Below, one piece after another: positions 1 to 9,665 of a DNA stretch of 64,000 nucleotides. Both the position numbers and the translations under genes were made by a program. Numbering within the stretch: the stretch's first letter is position 1; every line of letters starts with the position of its first letter. A model generated the notes under the pieces. It was not told where the DNA came from and did not search any database. It saw nothing but the letters and a program-made list of their open reading frames with translations. The stretch is from an uncultured delta proteobacterium (GTDB lineage: Bacteria; Myxococcota_A; Polyangia; Polyangiales; Polyangiaceae): positions 224,001-288,000 of the forward strand of contig CAWJCS010000002.1 of NCBI GenBank assembly GCA_963841435.1. The letters are read 5' to 3'.

Positions 1-1594
1 TCTCGCGGTACCACACGACGAAGCCCTTGCCCTGACCGTCGATCCCGACGCTCGGCGCGAAGGCGCTGTCGTCGTGGTGCTCGAGGAGCCCGCCGGGACC
101 CCACGTTCCCGTCGCGGCGTCGTAGCGGCTCGCGACGGCGTCCACATCGAGGGTAATGTCCTTCGTCGGCCACTGTGACGAGACGGCGAGCGCGTTGCCG
201 TCGGGGTCCACCGCCACGCTCGCCCACTTCGCGACCCAGCCGGCCGTGTCGTCGATCTGGGTCGCCTCGGACCAGCTTCCGGCGGCAACGTCGTAGCGCG
301 TGCCCCACAGGTGATCGTCGGCGGTCCAGACCACCATCGCGTTGCCGTCGTCGTCGAGCGCGACGTGCGGCTCCGTGGTCGCGAAGGTCACCTGATCCTC
401 GAGCCGCACCGCGTCGTCCCAGCCGCCGCCCGCCGCGTAGCGGCGCGCCCACACTTCGGTGTCGCCGCCGAGATCGGTCGGCGCCTGTTCCCATACCAGG
501 AAGAAGTTTCCGTCGCGATCGGCGGCCACCGCCATGGCAAACGGGCTCGTCACCCCGGTCTCGGGCACGAGCACTTCCGCGGTGTCCCAGCTGCTGCTCT
601 GAGCATCGAAGCGATTGGAAAGGAGCAAGCCTCCCTTCACGCCGCTGTCGCCGCTCTGCTGCCACGCAGCGAGCGCGTTGCCGAGCGGGTCAACGGCCAG
701 CGCGCCCGTACCCGAATCGCGGTAGTCGCGGTCGTCGATCGCCTCCCAGTAGCTCCACTCATCGCTCTTGGGGTCGTAGAGGCGGTGGCGCTGGCTCGTG
801 CGCGAGCCGTCCGACTCGGGCCAGAGGATCGAGGCCGTGCCGCTCGGACCAGCGGCGAGCCGCGCATCACCGATGCCCCCGGCGCTGTGCTGCTCGATCT
901 GCACGCCGTCGGCCCAGGCTGCGCCGGACGCGTCGTAGCGCGTCACGAAGATGAAGCCCTGTTTCCAGGCGACGTACGCGTTGCCGAGCTCGTCGAGCGC
1001 GAGATCGTCGAGCTCCGCGTCGTACGTCGAGTCGGTGTGAATAGCGAACGGCTCGCCCCAGCTCTTCGTGGCGGGGTCGTAGCGGATCGTCCAGATGCCG
1101 ACGCGCGTGTCCACGTAGCCGGGCCAGGCAACGAGCGCGACGCCCGCACGGTTCACAGCGAGCTTGGGATCGCCGACGACGCTCACCCCGGGCGCGAGCT
1201 CCGCTCCTTCGGTGAAACCGGGCGCAGGTCCCGCGCCGCCGCTCGAGCCTCCCACGCCGCCCATGCCCGCCGTGCCGGCCATGTTGCCACCGCTGCCACC
1301 CGCGCCCGCCGCGCCGCCGAGCGTGCCACCCGAGCCACCCGTGGTGCCGCCGGTGCCGCCCGCAGACGAGCCGCCCGTCGCTGACCCGCTCGTCCCACCC
1401 TGCCCGCCAGCCGCTCCGCCGCTGCCGCCGCTCGTGCCCCCGCTCGCGCTCGCTCCGCCGCTTCCGGGCGACCCGGACTGTCCCGCCTGCGAGTCGTCCG
1501 CGTCATCGGCGCTCTTCTTGCCGCCGCAGGCGGTCGCGCCCGCGAGCAACATGGCCGCGTACGAGACCCATCGCGTGCGCGTTGCGGTGCTCAT
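1..1594 (-). CDS. Lipoprotein with Gly/Ser linker and repeated beta-propeller-like blades; 3' end runs off the window
   Basis: Absent from the ORF track because it has no stop in the window. Manual translation from ATG 1594: MSTATRTRWVSYAAMLLAGATA-C, a Gly-rich linker, then repeats of 'LAVDxxGNAxxxW...RYDxxxxxW'. Its ATG overlaps the upstream TGA (ATGA). Confidence 0.85.
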   Translation of the reverse strand, partial: MSTATRTRWVSYAAMLLAGATACGGKKSADDADDSQAGQSGSPGSGGASASGGTSGGSGGAAGGQGGTSGSATGGSSAGGTGGTTGGSGGTLGGAAGAGGSGGNMAGTAGMGGVGGSSGGAGPAPGFTEGAELAPGVSVVGDPKLAVNRAGVALVAWPGYVDTRVGIWTIRYDPATKSWGEPFAIHTDSTYDAELDDLALDELGNAYVAWKQGFIFVTRYDASGAAWADGVQIEQHSAGGIGDARLAAGPSGTASILWPESDGSRTSQRHRLYDPKSDEWSYWEAIDDRDYRDSGTGALAVDPLGNALAAWQQSGDSGVKGGLLLSNRFDAQSSSWDTAEVLVPETGVTSPFAMAVAADRDGNFFLVWEQAPTDLGGDTEVWARRYAAGGGWDDAVRLEDQVTFATTEPHVALDDDGNAMVVWTADDHLWGTRYDVAAGSWSEATQIDDTAGWVAKWASVAVDPDGNALAVSSQWPTKDITLDVDAVASRYDAATGTWGPGGLLEHHDDSAFAPSVGIDGQGKGFVVWYRE

Positions 1595-3228
1595 TGCTCC
1601 ACGCAGTAGAAGCGATGGGGAGTATCGCAGTCCCGGTAGCGGTCGCCGTATTCCTGATCCCAGAACCCGGCGCCCGACTCGCGATAGTCGCCGACCTCGG
1701 CAGAGCTCGTGGTGGTGGTGAAGTTGGCGCACTCGCCCGTGGCGACGCGCGTGATGTTGATGTCGCCGACCCAGACCGCGGAATCGGGCTCGTTCAAATA
1801 GGTCCCGTCACCGGTCTGCCAGATACCGGTGTAGAGATAGTTGTCGACCGTGGCCTGCACGCCCGGCGCCGCCGCTTCCACGATCTCCGCGCCCCTTCCG
1901 ACGAGCTGCCCGTCGGGGCGCACGTACAGCGTGCCGTTGGTCAGGACGTCGGCCCCCGCGTTGCCGCCGTACGCCAGCATGGCGCGCACCTCACCGGTGC
2001 CCGACGGCGCGCTCGCCGCGCAGGCCTCGTCTGGCGTCATGGTCGCGTTCGGCACGTAGGGGTCGGAAAGGTAGATGAGCTTGCCGGCCTCGGGCGTGAG
2101 CGTGACCGGCTCCGAGAAGGTCGTGCCGAAGCAGTAAAACTGGATGCCGATGTTGCAGGCGCGCGCGCCGGATTCGGTAAAGTAAGTCGGGCCGCCCGAG
2201 TCCTTGCCGTAGGAAAAGTCGTAGCCCGACGACTCGCTCCGCCACTTGTTGCAGTTGTCCGGGGCGGCGCTGCCGTCCGCGAGCGTGCCGGTGCCGACGA
2301 TCTCGTTGTCGTGCATCACGCCCTCGTCATCCAGCCGGATCGTGTAAAAAAGCTTGCCGGCGAGGAGGTCCTCGATCGTATCGGCCACGGGCTTGCCGTC
2401 GAGCCGCACCCAGCCGCGCGCCGTTTTGCCGAGCCGATCGAGCGCGAGCGAGTCGCCGTCCGACACCCAGGCGACGTACGCGTCGTCGGTGTCGTTGTTG
2501 ATGCCCGCGGCCGTGGCGAGCTCGTTGCAGTTCACGTCGAACATCGCGGCGCCGCCGTGCGACGTCGAGTCCCCCCGCGACGACAGGAACACGAAGTTGT
2601 GCGTCTGCGTCCCGAACTCGACGGTGACGTGCTTGTCCTCGTCCATCGTGAGCTGGCACTCGGAAAGACCCGTGCAGTCGTCGCCGAAGCCCACGAAATA
2701 CGTGCCTGCACCGTTTTCCGGCCGTGCCCGGTACGTATCCTCGTAACCCTTGGGCAGCGTGCGCGTGCAAGTCTCGGTGCAGGTGAAGCTGCTGAGCGAA
2801 TTGACGATCTCTCCCGGCACGTCGCCCATGAACTCGATCGTCAGCGTGTACATCGTCGCCCCGCTACCCGCGCTCCCACCCTGAGCACCGGCGCCGCCGC
2901 CGCTCCCGCCGCCGGCCACGGCGCCGCCCGTGCCGCCCGCGCCACCCTGCGCATCGCTTCCGCCGGCGCCCCCCGCACCCCCCGCGCCACCTCCGGTTCC
3001 GTCGCCCGCGCCCCCGCCGAGACCGCTCGTGCCGGCCCGGGCGGAGCTGCCACCGCTACCGTCGCCGCCCTTGCCGCCGCTCGAGGCCCCCGCGCTGCCT
3101 CCCATGGAAGAACCAGCGCCGGCGTTGGATTCGTCGTTGCTCGCGCCGCCGTCGCCCGACTTGGAGCTACACGCAAAAGCCACGAGCAGGCAGAGACTCA
3201 CCGGCGCGAAGTCCACCACTCGGCGCAT
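1591..3228 (-). CDS. Lipoprotein: Gly linker, divergent InlB-B-type repeat, two DUF1554/endostatin-like domains
   Basis: Lipobox LLVAFA-C; 'YTLTI...FVGFGDDCTG...CQLTMDEDKHVTVEF' repeat; two domains ending FYCF and FYCVEQ with WVRLDG/YVRPDG motifs. Start reassigned to ATG 3228. Confidence 0.75.
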   Translation of the reverse strand: MRRVVDFAPVSLCLLVAFACSSKSGDGGASNDESNAGAGSSMGGSAGASSGGKGGDGSGGSSARAGTSGLGGGAGDGTGGGAGGAGGAGGSDAQGGAGGTGGAVAGGGSGGGAGAQGGSAGSGATMYTLTIEFMGDVPGEIVNSLSSFTCTETCTRTLPKGYEDTYRARPENGAGTYFVGFGDDCTGLSECQLTMDEDKHVTVEFGTQTHNFVFLSSRGDSTSHGGAAMFDVNCNELATAAGINNDTDDAYVAWVSDGDSLALDRLGKTARGWVRLDGKPVADTIEDLLAGKLFYTIRLDDEGVMHDNEIVGTGTLADGSAAPDNCNKWRSESSGYDFSYGKDSGGPTYFTESGARACNIGIQFYCFGTTFSEPVTLTPEAGKLIYLSDPYVPNATMTPDEACAASAPSGTGEVRAMLAYGGNAGADVLTNGTLYVRPDGQLVGRGAEIVEAAAPGVQATVDNYLYTGIWQTGDGTYLNEPDSAVWVGDINITRVATGECANFTTTTSSAEVGDYRESGAGFWDQEYGDRYRDCDTPHRFYCVEQ

Positions 3229-3556
3229 CTCTCGATGATACGGCAAGCGCACCAGAAATCCCTCTACTCTCGAAAAGAGCTACGACATTCAGCGGCTTAC
3301 GGCCGACTCAACGGCAGCTTTCGTGGAGCCCTTCGGCGCGGCGTTGGGGGCCAGCGCGGTGTTCAGATACTCGAACGTCCGCTCGCCTCCTCGACGTCGA
3401 ACGTCCGCACCCTTCACTCTGCTCCAATGTTCCCGGACGTGTTCCCGGACGCAAAAGCGTGCTCGGTGGAAACGCCGGCCGTGGTGGCGAACGGGTTGGG
3501 CGAAAAATGGCCGCTCCGCTTGCTCCCGCGGGTCACGGCGCGCAAACTACTCGGCC

Positions 3557-4663
3557 GTGGTGGCTTCTCGCCGCGCTTGGAGGCTCGTGGCGGTGGCGGC
3601 GCTCCTCGTCAACGCCTTCGTGGCTTGCTCGAGCCCGCGCGTCGCGCCCGACGACGAGGACGGCTTTCACGAGGGGGGCGAAGCCGGAAGCGGTGATGGG
3701 TCCGGCGGCTCCACGAACGCCGGTCGTGGCGGCGCGGGTGGCAGCTCGACGGCCGGCGGTAGCAGCGGAGCCTCGGCGCTCGGAGGAAGCGGGGGGTCGT
3801 CCGGAGCGGCGGCGGGTGGAGAGGGTGGCTTCGGCGAGGCGGGCGGCGGTGGCGCGCCGACCGGCGGCGCGGGCGGCACCTCGGGGGTTTTCGGCGGCGG
3901 CTCGGGTGGCTCGGCGGGAAGCGGTGCCTCGGGTGGCGCTTCGGGCGTCGGCGGGTCGAGCGGTGGCGCGGGCCTCGGCGGCGCCGGCGCCGGCGCGGGC
4001 GGCGGTGGCGGCAGCGGTGGCGCCACCGGGCCGGCCTCGGTGGCGTGGGGGGACTTCCAGTACTCGCTCGTCAACGGCGATGTGTACGCCTTCACCGTGA
4101 GCACCGGGGCGCCCGGGAGCGACCGCACGCTCATCATCGTCACGCACGCGGCGAGTGACTACGCGGTCAGCTTCGACAGCGTCCAGGTGGACAGTGTCAT
4201 GGCCACCAAGATCACGAGTGTCAGCGAAGAAGCCATGCCGACGGCGCCCACGGCAATCTTCACGGCAACGCTGCCCGCCGGCACCGAGTCGCTCGTCGAA
4301 GTCCGCCTCAGCGTGCCGGTGGTGCGCTGTGCGATCGCCGTCTACGCCGCCTACGGCCTTGCCACTCCGGATAGCGCCTACGCCACGAGCTCACTCGTGG
4401 CCACGGGCTCGGACAACTTCAGCGTCGACGCTCCCGCCGGCGGCATCATCGTCGGAGGGCTCGGCATGGCAGGCGACCAGGCTTCGGCGTCGTACTGGAT
4501 CACCATGGAGCTCCGGTACGACACCGTGATGGTCGAGGGCACGCCCACGCTCGTCTCGGGCGCCATGCTCGACGACGTGCCGTCCACGGGCCCCTACGAG
4601 ATCGGGATCCAGACCGTGAACGCCGGTTACAACTTCCGCGCGGTCGCCGCGAGCTTTCGCTAG
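3557..4663 (+). CDS. Lipoprotein with Gly linker and an uncharacterised beta-rich C-terminal domain
   Basis: Signal peptide ending AFVA-C, ~120-aa Gly-rich linker, ~210-aa globular domain. Start (GTG 3557) is estimated. Confidence 0.75.
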   Translation: MVASRRAWRLVAVAALLVNAFVACSSPRVAPDDEDGFHEGGEAGSGDGSGGSTNAGRGGAGGSSTAGGSSGASALGGSGGSSGAAAGGEGGFGEAGGGGAPTGGAGGTSGVFGGGSGGSAGSGASGGASGVGGSSGGAGLGGAGAGAGGGGGSGGATGPASVAWGDFQYSLVNGDVYAFTVSTGAPGSDRTLIIVTHAASDYAVSFDSVQVDSVMATKITSVSEEAMPTAPTAIFTATLPAGTESLVEVRLSVPVVRCAIAVYAAYGLATPDSAYATSSLVATGSDNFSVDAPAGGIIVGGLGMAGDQASASYWITMELRYDTVMVEGTPTLVSGAMLDDVPSTGPYEIGIQTVNAGYNFRAVAASFR

Positions 4664-4739
4664 CGGGTCGGGTTCGCCTGTCGCCGGTCCGGGCCCGTGG
4701 CGTCAACCGCGTGCTCACCCCGGTGCTACGCTTCGTGTC

Positions 4740-5936
4740 GTGGTGTCTTCCTTCGGCCTTCGGGGAGGCTCGCTTTCCCCGGTCGTTGTGGCGTTGGTCG
4801 CGTTGTGCGGGTGCCGGGGCAACAAGGACGCCAGGCTCGAAGGCGGCGGAGCGCTCGCCGTCGGCGCTTACGCGAGCCTCGACATGATGGATGCCTGCAC
4901 CCGCGGCAAGCTGGACTTTTGCACCAACGAGAAGCTGGTCGAAGTGACGGACGTCACCATGAGCGAGCCGGGACTGCTCGAGGTCCTGCCACTCGATCAG
5001 GCACCCGCGAAGCTCACGGTGCTCCGAGAGTTCACTGGCCTCAGGCTGCTCCACGGTCTTCTGCCGGGCAAGACGAACCTGTGCTTGACGGCGACCTTCG
5101 ATGACGAGACGCGTCGCACGGACTGCATCGATGTGACCGTCGGCGTCGTCGACCGCGTTGACATCGGTTACTCGTGCAACCCGGCAGGCTCCGTCAACTC
5201 CGTCGTGAGCCCGGAGATCCCGCCGGGCGCGACCCTCGTTTTCGGCGCCTCGCTCTACGCGGGTGGCTTATCGCTCGGCGGTGTGCTCCCCGACGTGCTC
5301 GACGAGACCGAGCTCCGGCGTCTCGACTGGAGCACTTACGCCTGGACCGCGCCGAGCGACGGCGGCACGACGACGATCCGCTCGTCGCTCGACCCGAGCC
5401 TCGCATCCACGATCGTGACCTACGGCGCCGACGAGGTGACCGCGCTCCGTGTCGAGACGAATTACGTGCGACCGCTCGTTTTCGAAGCTGGCGCGCCCGT
5501 TTACCTCACCGTCACACAGGACGTGAACGGCCATCGCGCGTGCGAGGACGGGGCAGTCTGGATGAGGAGCGAAACGCCTGACGTTTGCCTCGGTCCGGCG
5601 GGAGAAACGACGTGGGATGGGTCCTGGTTCACGGCGGTCTCCGAGGGCACGTGTCGCCTCTCGGTCGGTGTCCCCGGCCGCGACGAACGGCTCACCACGT
5701 TCGAGGAATTCGTGTTCGTCGTGGACCCGATGGACGCCTCGCGCAATCGGTCGACCGGCATGCCTTGCACGACGCAAGGCGACCGCGCCTGCGAGCCGTA
5801 TCGCCATTCGCTGCTGGTTTGCGGGAAATCCGGCGGCGCGCTCTATTGGCTGGAGGAGCCGTGCAAGAACACGATCTGCGACTACTCGGCGCCCGAAGAC
5901 GCGTGCCCGAACGGCTCGTGCGCCGCCTGCCGCTGA
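4740..5936 (+). CDS. Hypothetical lipoprotein with Cys-rich C-terminus
   Basis: Lipobox ALCG-C; coding-like composition; terminal Cys cluster. Confidence 0.75.
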   Translation: MVSSFGLRGGSLSPVVVALVALCGCRGNKDARLEGGGALAVGAYASLDMMDACTRGKLDFCTNEKLVEVTDVTMSEPGLLEVLPLDQAPAKLTVLREFTGLRLLHGLLPGKTNLCLTATFDDETRRTDCIDVTVGVVDRVDIGYSCNPAGSVNSVVSPEIPPGATLVFGASLYAGGLSLGGVLPDVLDETELRRLDWSTYAWTAPSDGGTTTIRSSLDPSLASTIVTYGADEVTALRVETNYVRPLVFEAGAPVYLTVTQDVNGHRACEDGAVWMRSETPDVCLGPAGETTWDGSWFTAVSEGTCRLSVGVPGRDERLTTFEEFVFVVDPMDASRNRSTGMPCTTQGDRACEPYRHSLLVCGKSGGALYWLEEPCKNTICDYSAPEDACPNGSCAACR

Positions 5937-6007
5937 CGACACTTCCTTGGCGCAACAGACCCCTCAGCGCGTGACCATCTCGAGCGCGAACCTGCCGCAC
6001 CAGCGCT

Positions 6008-7294
6008 TCAGAACTGCGTGATGAACTTCCAGGCTTCGGGGGCGTTCCAGCTCGCCGATTGCCCTGGATCCTTCGGCTCCCAGCCGTGTGCGCCGTTGAA
6101 GACGCAGTATTCGGTTGGGTGACCTGCGGAGCAGTTCTGGTAGATCGTGCACGTGTGCGGTTGACCGGCGGCCGGGAACGTCGTGGACGAAGGTACGGCC
6201 GTGCATCCGTTGAGCGCAGCGAACTCCGCTTGCTTGTACTCGCCGGTGATGGGCGAAGTGGTCGGTAGGCCGCCGGCATCTTCGCTTGCCTGCGACGCAT
6301 AGTAGGCAATCGGTTTCGTCAGGGTCGACGGACAGGAGCCCGTGAGATCCGCGCCCGAGAAGAACGCGACGGCGCGGAACACGTCCGCCCGCGTACACGC
6401 CAGCGCCATGGCCATCCCCCCACCGAAGCTGAATCCCGTCGCGAAGATCCGGGTCGTGTCGATGCAGAGGTCGCCCTCGATTTGAGCGAGAATTGCGTCG
6501 GTGAGCGCAACGTCGTCGCTGCTCCAGGTCCCGGAGCCGTCCGCAGCGTCGGGCGCCGCGAAGATCGTATTGGTGCCGTCCAAGGTTGCGTGGGTGAAGT
6601 AATTCGTGCTCACGACCTGCTGGGCCGACCCTCCGGACCAAGCGTAGGCAAGGACCAGCCGATAGGGGTGGCTGTTATCGTAGCTGTCGGGCACGCGCAG
6701 AATGTATTTCCGCGCTGCATTGCCATAAGTGATGTTGATGGTGCCGTTCTGCAGCGTGCGTGTCTTGCCGCATCCGGCGCTCGGTACCGGCTCGTTGCCG
6801 TCGGGCGCTGCGCCCCCCGAGCCGCCGCCCGCGCCGGCAGAGCTGCCGCCCACTCCCGAGCCGCCGCCCGCGCCGGCAGAGCTGCCGCCCTGTCCCGAGC
6901 CGCCTGCGCCCGCCATGCCGCCCCCGCCGTCCCCTCCCTGACCACTTGCGCCCGCCGTGCCGCCGCTGCCCCCCGGGCCGGTCGTGCCACCGGCGCCCGC
7001 CGGCGGAATGCCGCCGCTACCGCCCTGCGGCCCGCCGCCCCCGACCGCGGCGCCGCTGCCGCCCACTCCCGACTGACCGGTGCCGCCCGCCGCCGTCGCG
7101 CCGCCGGTGCTCTGAGCGCCACCAGCTCCGGAGCTGCCGCCGGTTCCCGTCAGCCCGGCAGTCCCGCTCGAACCGCTCGTGGTGGCGCCGGTGCCCGCGC
7201 TGCCACCGCTTCCGGAATCGTCGGGGCTGCCCGATGAACAGGCACCAACGACGAGCGCCGCCAGCATCGAATGGACCGTGCGGATCTGAGCCAT
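6008..7294 (-). CDS. CE1/LpqC-type esterase (feruloyl esterase/PHB depolymerase-like) lipoprotein
   Basis: Lipobox VVGA-C, Gly linker, PSAGCG, 'LCIDTTRIFATGFSFGGGM' nucleophile elbow, C-terminal His (GAH). Confidence 0.85.
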   Translation of the reverse strand: MAQIRTVHSMLAALVVGACSSGSPDDSGSGGSAGTGATTSGSSGTAGLTGTGGSSGAGGAQSTGGATAAGGTGQSGVGGSGAAVGGGGPQGGSGGIPPAGAGGTTGPGGSGGTAGASGQGGDGGGGMAGAGGSGQGGSSAGAGGGSGVGGSSAGAGGGSGGAAPDGNEPVPSAGCGKTRTLQNGTINITYGNAARKYILRVPDSYDNSHPYRLVLAYAWSGGSAQQVVSTNYFTHATLDGTNTIFAAPDAADGSGTWSSDDVALTDAILAQIEGDLCIDTTRIFATGFSFGGGMAMALACTRADVFRAVAFFSGADLTGSCPSTLTKPIAYYASQASEDAGGLPTTSPITGEYKQAEFAALNGCTAVPSSTTFPAAGQPHTCTIYQNCSAGHPTEYCVFNGAHGWEPKDPGQSASWNAPEAWKFITQF

Positions 7295-7565
7295 GAGTGC
7301 CTCTTGCTCGCGACCACCGGAGCCGCAGCGATCCTCAAGACGCAGGAGTAGCGTGCACCAGCTCGCAATTCGCTCGCCGAGCCTCAGGCGCTGCCCTCGC
7401 CGCCCTCAGCGGACGCGCCCGCCGAGCCGCCGACGCCTGCGTTGCCCGGCGACACCGTGTGCGGGGCGATCTGTTGGGGTGCCCCCGTGTGCGGAAAGCG
7501 CTGGGGTAGTGCGCGGCCCAAAAAGCGCGTGGCGGGGCGTCCGCTCGTGGTGCATCGTGAGGAGG

Positions 7566-8076
7566 ATGGCCCGTGAGGCTTGGGGATTTCGGGTGGTGGT
7601 GGCGAGCGTCACCATCGCGTGCGGAAGGAGCACGCACGACGACACCAGCGGCACTGGTGCGGTGGCGGCGGACGGAGCGGCGGGTGCAGCGGCCTTTGCG
7701 AACGGTGGAGCCGGGGGTGAGGTGAGCGCAGGGCGAGGCGGCGACGAAAATCCTGGCGGCGGCGGAACGAGGACGAGACGCAACGCTGTCCCAGTCGGCG
7801 GCGAGCGCTCTCGAGCCCATCGCGCGCGCCAATCAAAGCTGTCGAGAGGATGCCGATTGCGCGCCGAATTCGAGCTTGGGCGGCTGCTATGACGGCACGT
7901 TCGTGCTCGCTGGCTGTTGGGTGCCGTTGTCGGCTTCCAGCGCTGAAACCGTCAGCGCGGCTGCGCGCGAGATCTGCCGTGCGTTCGAGGACGCGGGCTG
8001 CGTCGGAGTGCATCCGTGTCCTGCTGCTCCACCCGTCGCATGCCAATCCGGCACGTGTGTTTTCGAGTTCCAATAG
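7566..8076 (+). CDS. Small Cys-rich lipoprotein, frameshifted near 7770-7810
   Basis: MAREAWGFRVVVASVTIA-C plus Gly linker in one frame; 'ANQSCREDADC...CQSGTCVFEFQ*' in another. Confidence 0.6.
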
Positions 8077-8298
8077 CGTGGAGTCGCCGCGGGCGGGACA
8101 CGGGAGCACGCGCCGTGCCCGATGCTGGCGACGAGTTCGTGAGCGCGCGTCCATCCGAAGCCGCCGGAGGAGCTCGACCTGGGAGCAGCCGTCCGGGCTC
8201 GGATCCCACGATCGGCTCGGGCAAGCGAGTCCGAAGCCGGGTGACCGCGGGAAGATCAGCCCGGCCGTCGGCGTAGACGGTATGTTGGGTTCTCGAGG

Positions 8299-9535
8299 GT
8301 GATGCTTCGAGCTTCAGTCCTTGCAGGTTTCGTGGCGGTGCTCGCCGTTCCTCGCGCGGCCCACGGCGCGAGCGACGAGCCGTACTACTTCGAGCGCGCC
8401 ATCGTCCGCGCCGACCTGAAGGGCAAGACGCTGCGCGAACTCGCGCTCCTCGAAGCGACGATCCACGCGCGAGCAGGGCAGGTCTTCCTGAAGTGGTGGC
8501 TCCGCGACCACTTCGCGGGCCGCACCTGGTACCACCCCGGCCGCTACGACGCTTCGCAGCTCAGCGCCGTCAACCGGGCGAACCTGCGGACCATCGAGGT
8601 CTACCGCGCGGCCGTTCTCGCGAGTGAGCTCCGGGCGCGCTACCAGGCGCTCGTCGAGCGGCACGCGTACGCGTTTCAGTCCCCCGCCGGAGCGGTCGCG
8701 TTCTCTCCGGACGGGAGTCGCTTCGTGACGCGGGCGACTGCCATGGCCCACCCTTCATCCCGTCGCGCTTTGGGACGCGGCGAGTGGAAAGCGGGTGACG
8801 CGCGTTGCGTGGGTGCGCCCCGACACCCAGCTCGTAAAGTACGGTGACGGACGCATTGTCCCGGAGGTCTTTGCGCCCCCGGTGCTCGACCAGCGCCTGG
8901 TGGGCGACGAGCTCGATACGCTCGCGTGGGACTGCTACGTGGACGTGCCGGGCCCCCGCCTGTGCCCCGACGAGATCCCGGTGACCGGCGACGACTGCTT
9001 CGGCTTCGATGGATCGGACTGTCCGTTCCCGATCGGCCAGACGTGCTCGTGCGACTCCGACACGGGAGTCTGGACCTGCGGGCCCGAGCAAAAACCGCTG
9101 CCCCCGTACTTCGAACCCCCGGACGTGCCGCCCCGAACTCCGATGGCGGTCCTCACCGACGACGACCGCCTGGCGTTCTGCACGTGGTACGCGACGGCCG
9201 TGGCGGGTGGCCCGGGCGCGACCCCCGTGCCCGACAGCCCCGTCGGTGCCAACGGCTACACGTCCGGCGTCGCGTGCGTTTTCGGGCAACAGAACCTGCC
9301 CTGCAACGGCGTTCTCTCCGTGCTTTCGGAGGCAGACTGCGAGGCCAACCTCGCGGTCTCGGAGTGCGGGGGTGCCGTCGAGGATCTCACGATGTGCATC
9401 GACGCCATCGTGCGCGGCGCCTGCTCCCCCCTGGAGCGCAGCTGCCGCGGCTACTTCGCCTCGACCTACTGCAGCGGGACCATCGCCACCCAGATCACCG
9501 ATGCCGGCATGGCGTGCGACGTCCGCGTCCAGTAG
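8299..9535 (+). CDS. Secreted YARHG-like domain + single WD40 blade + Cys-rich domain; frameshift near 8730-8760
   Basis: 'DLKGKTLRELALLEATIHARAGQVF...WY' (YARHG-like). 'AFSPDGSRFVT' continues in the next frame as 'VALWDAASGKRV', which is in frame with ORF 8795-9535. Confidence 0.6.
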
Positions 9536-9609
9536 CGCCCAAGAGTTCCTCGTTGCCGGCACTCCGACCGCTGACTGCGGGCCCTGGCACTTTTTTATGA
9601 CCCGTCTCG

Positions 9610-9625
9610 TGGCATCGAGGTAGCT
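9610..9625 (+). promoter_or_regulatory. Possible sigma-54 promoter
   Basis: TGGCATCGAGGTAGCT fits GG-N10-GC, 40 bp upstream of the hydrolase start; the -12 element is imperfect. Confidence 0.3.
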
Positions 9626-9665
9626 GCGTGCTGCCACGTTTCCATCAAGCCAAAGGTACTTCAAA

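Noticed and set aside
3255..3272. GAAATCCCTCTACTCTC resembling a tRNA 3' fragment
   Set aside because: No cloverleaf, TTCGA loop or CCA.
6816..6905. Near-tandem repeat inside the esterase gene
   Set aside because: Encodes the Gly linker (GGSSAGAGGGSG); ordinary slippage.
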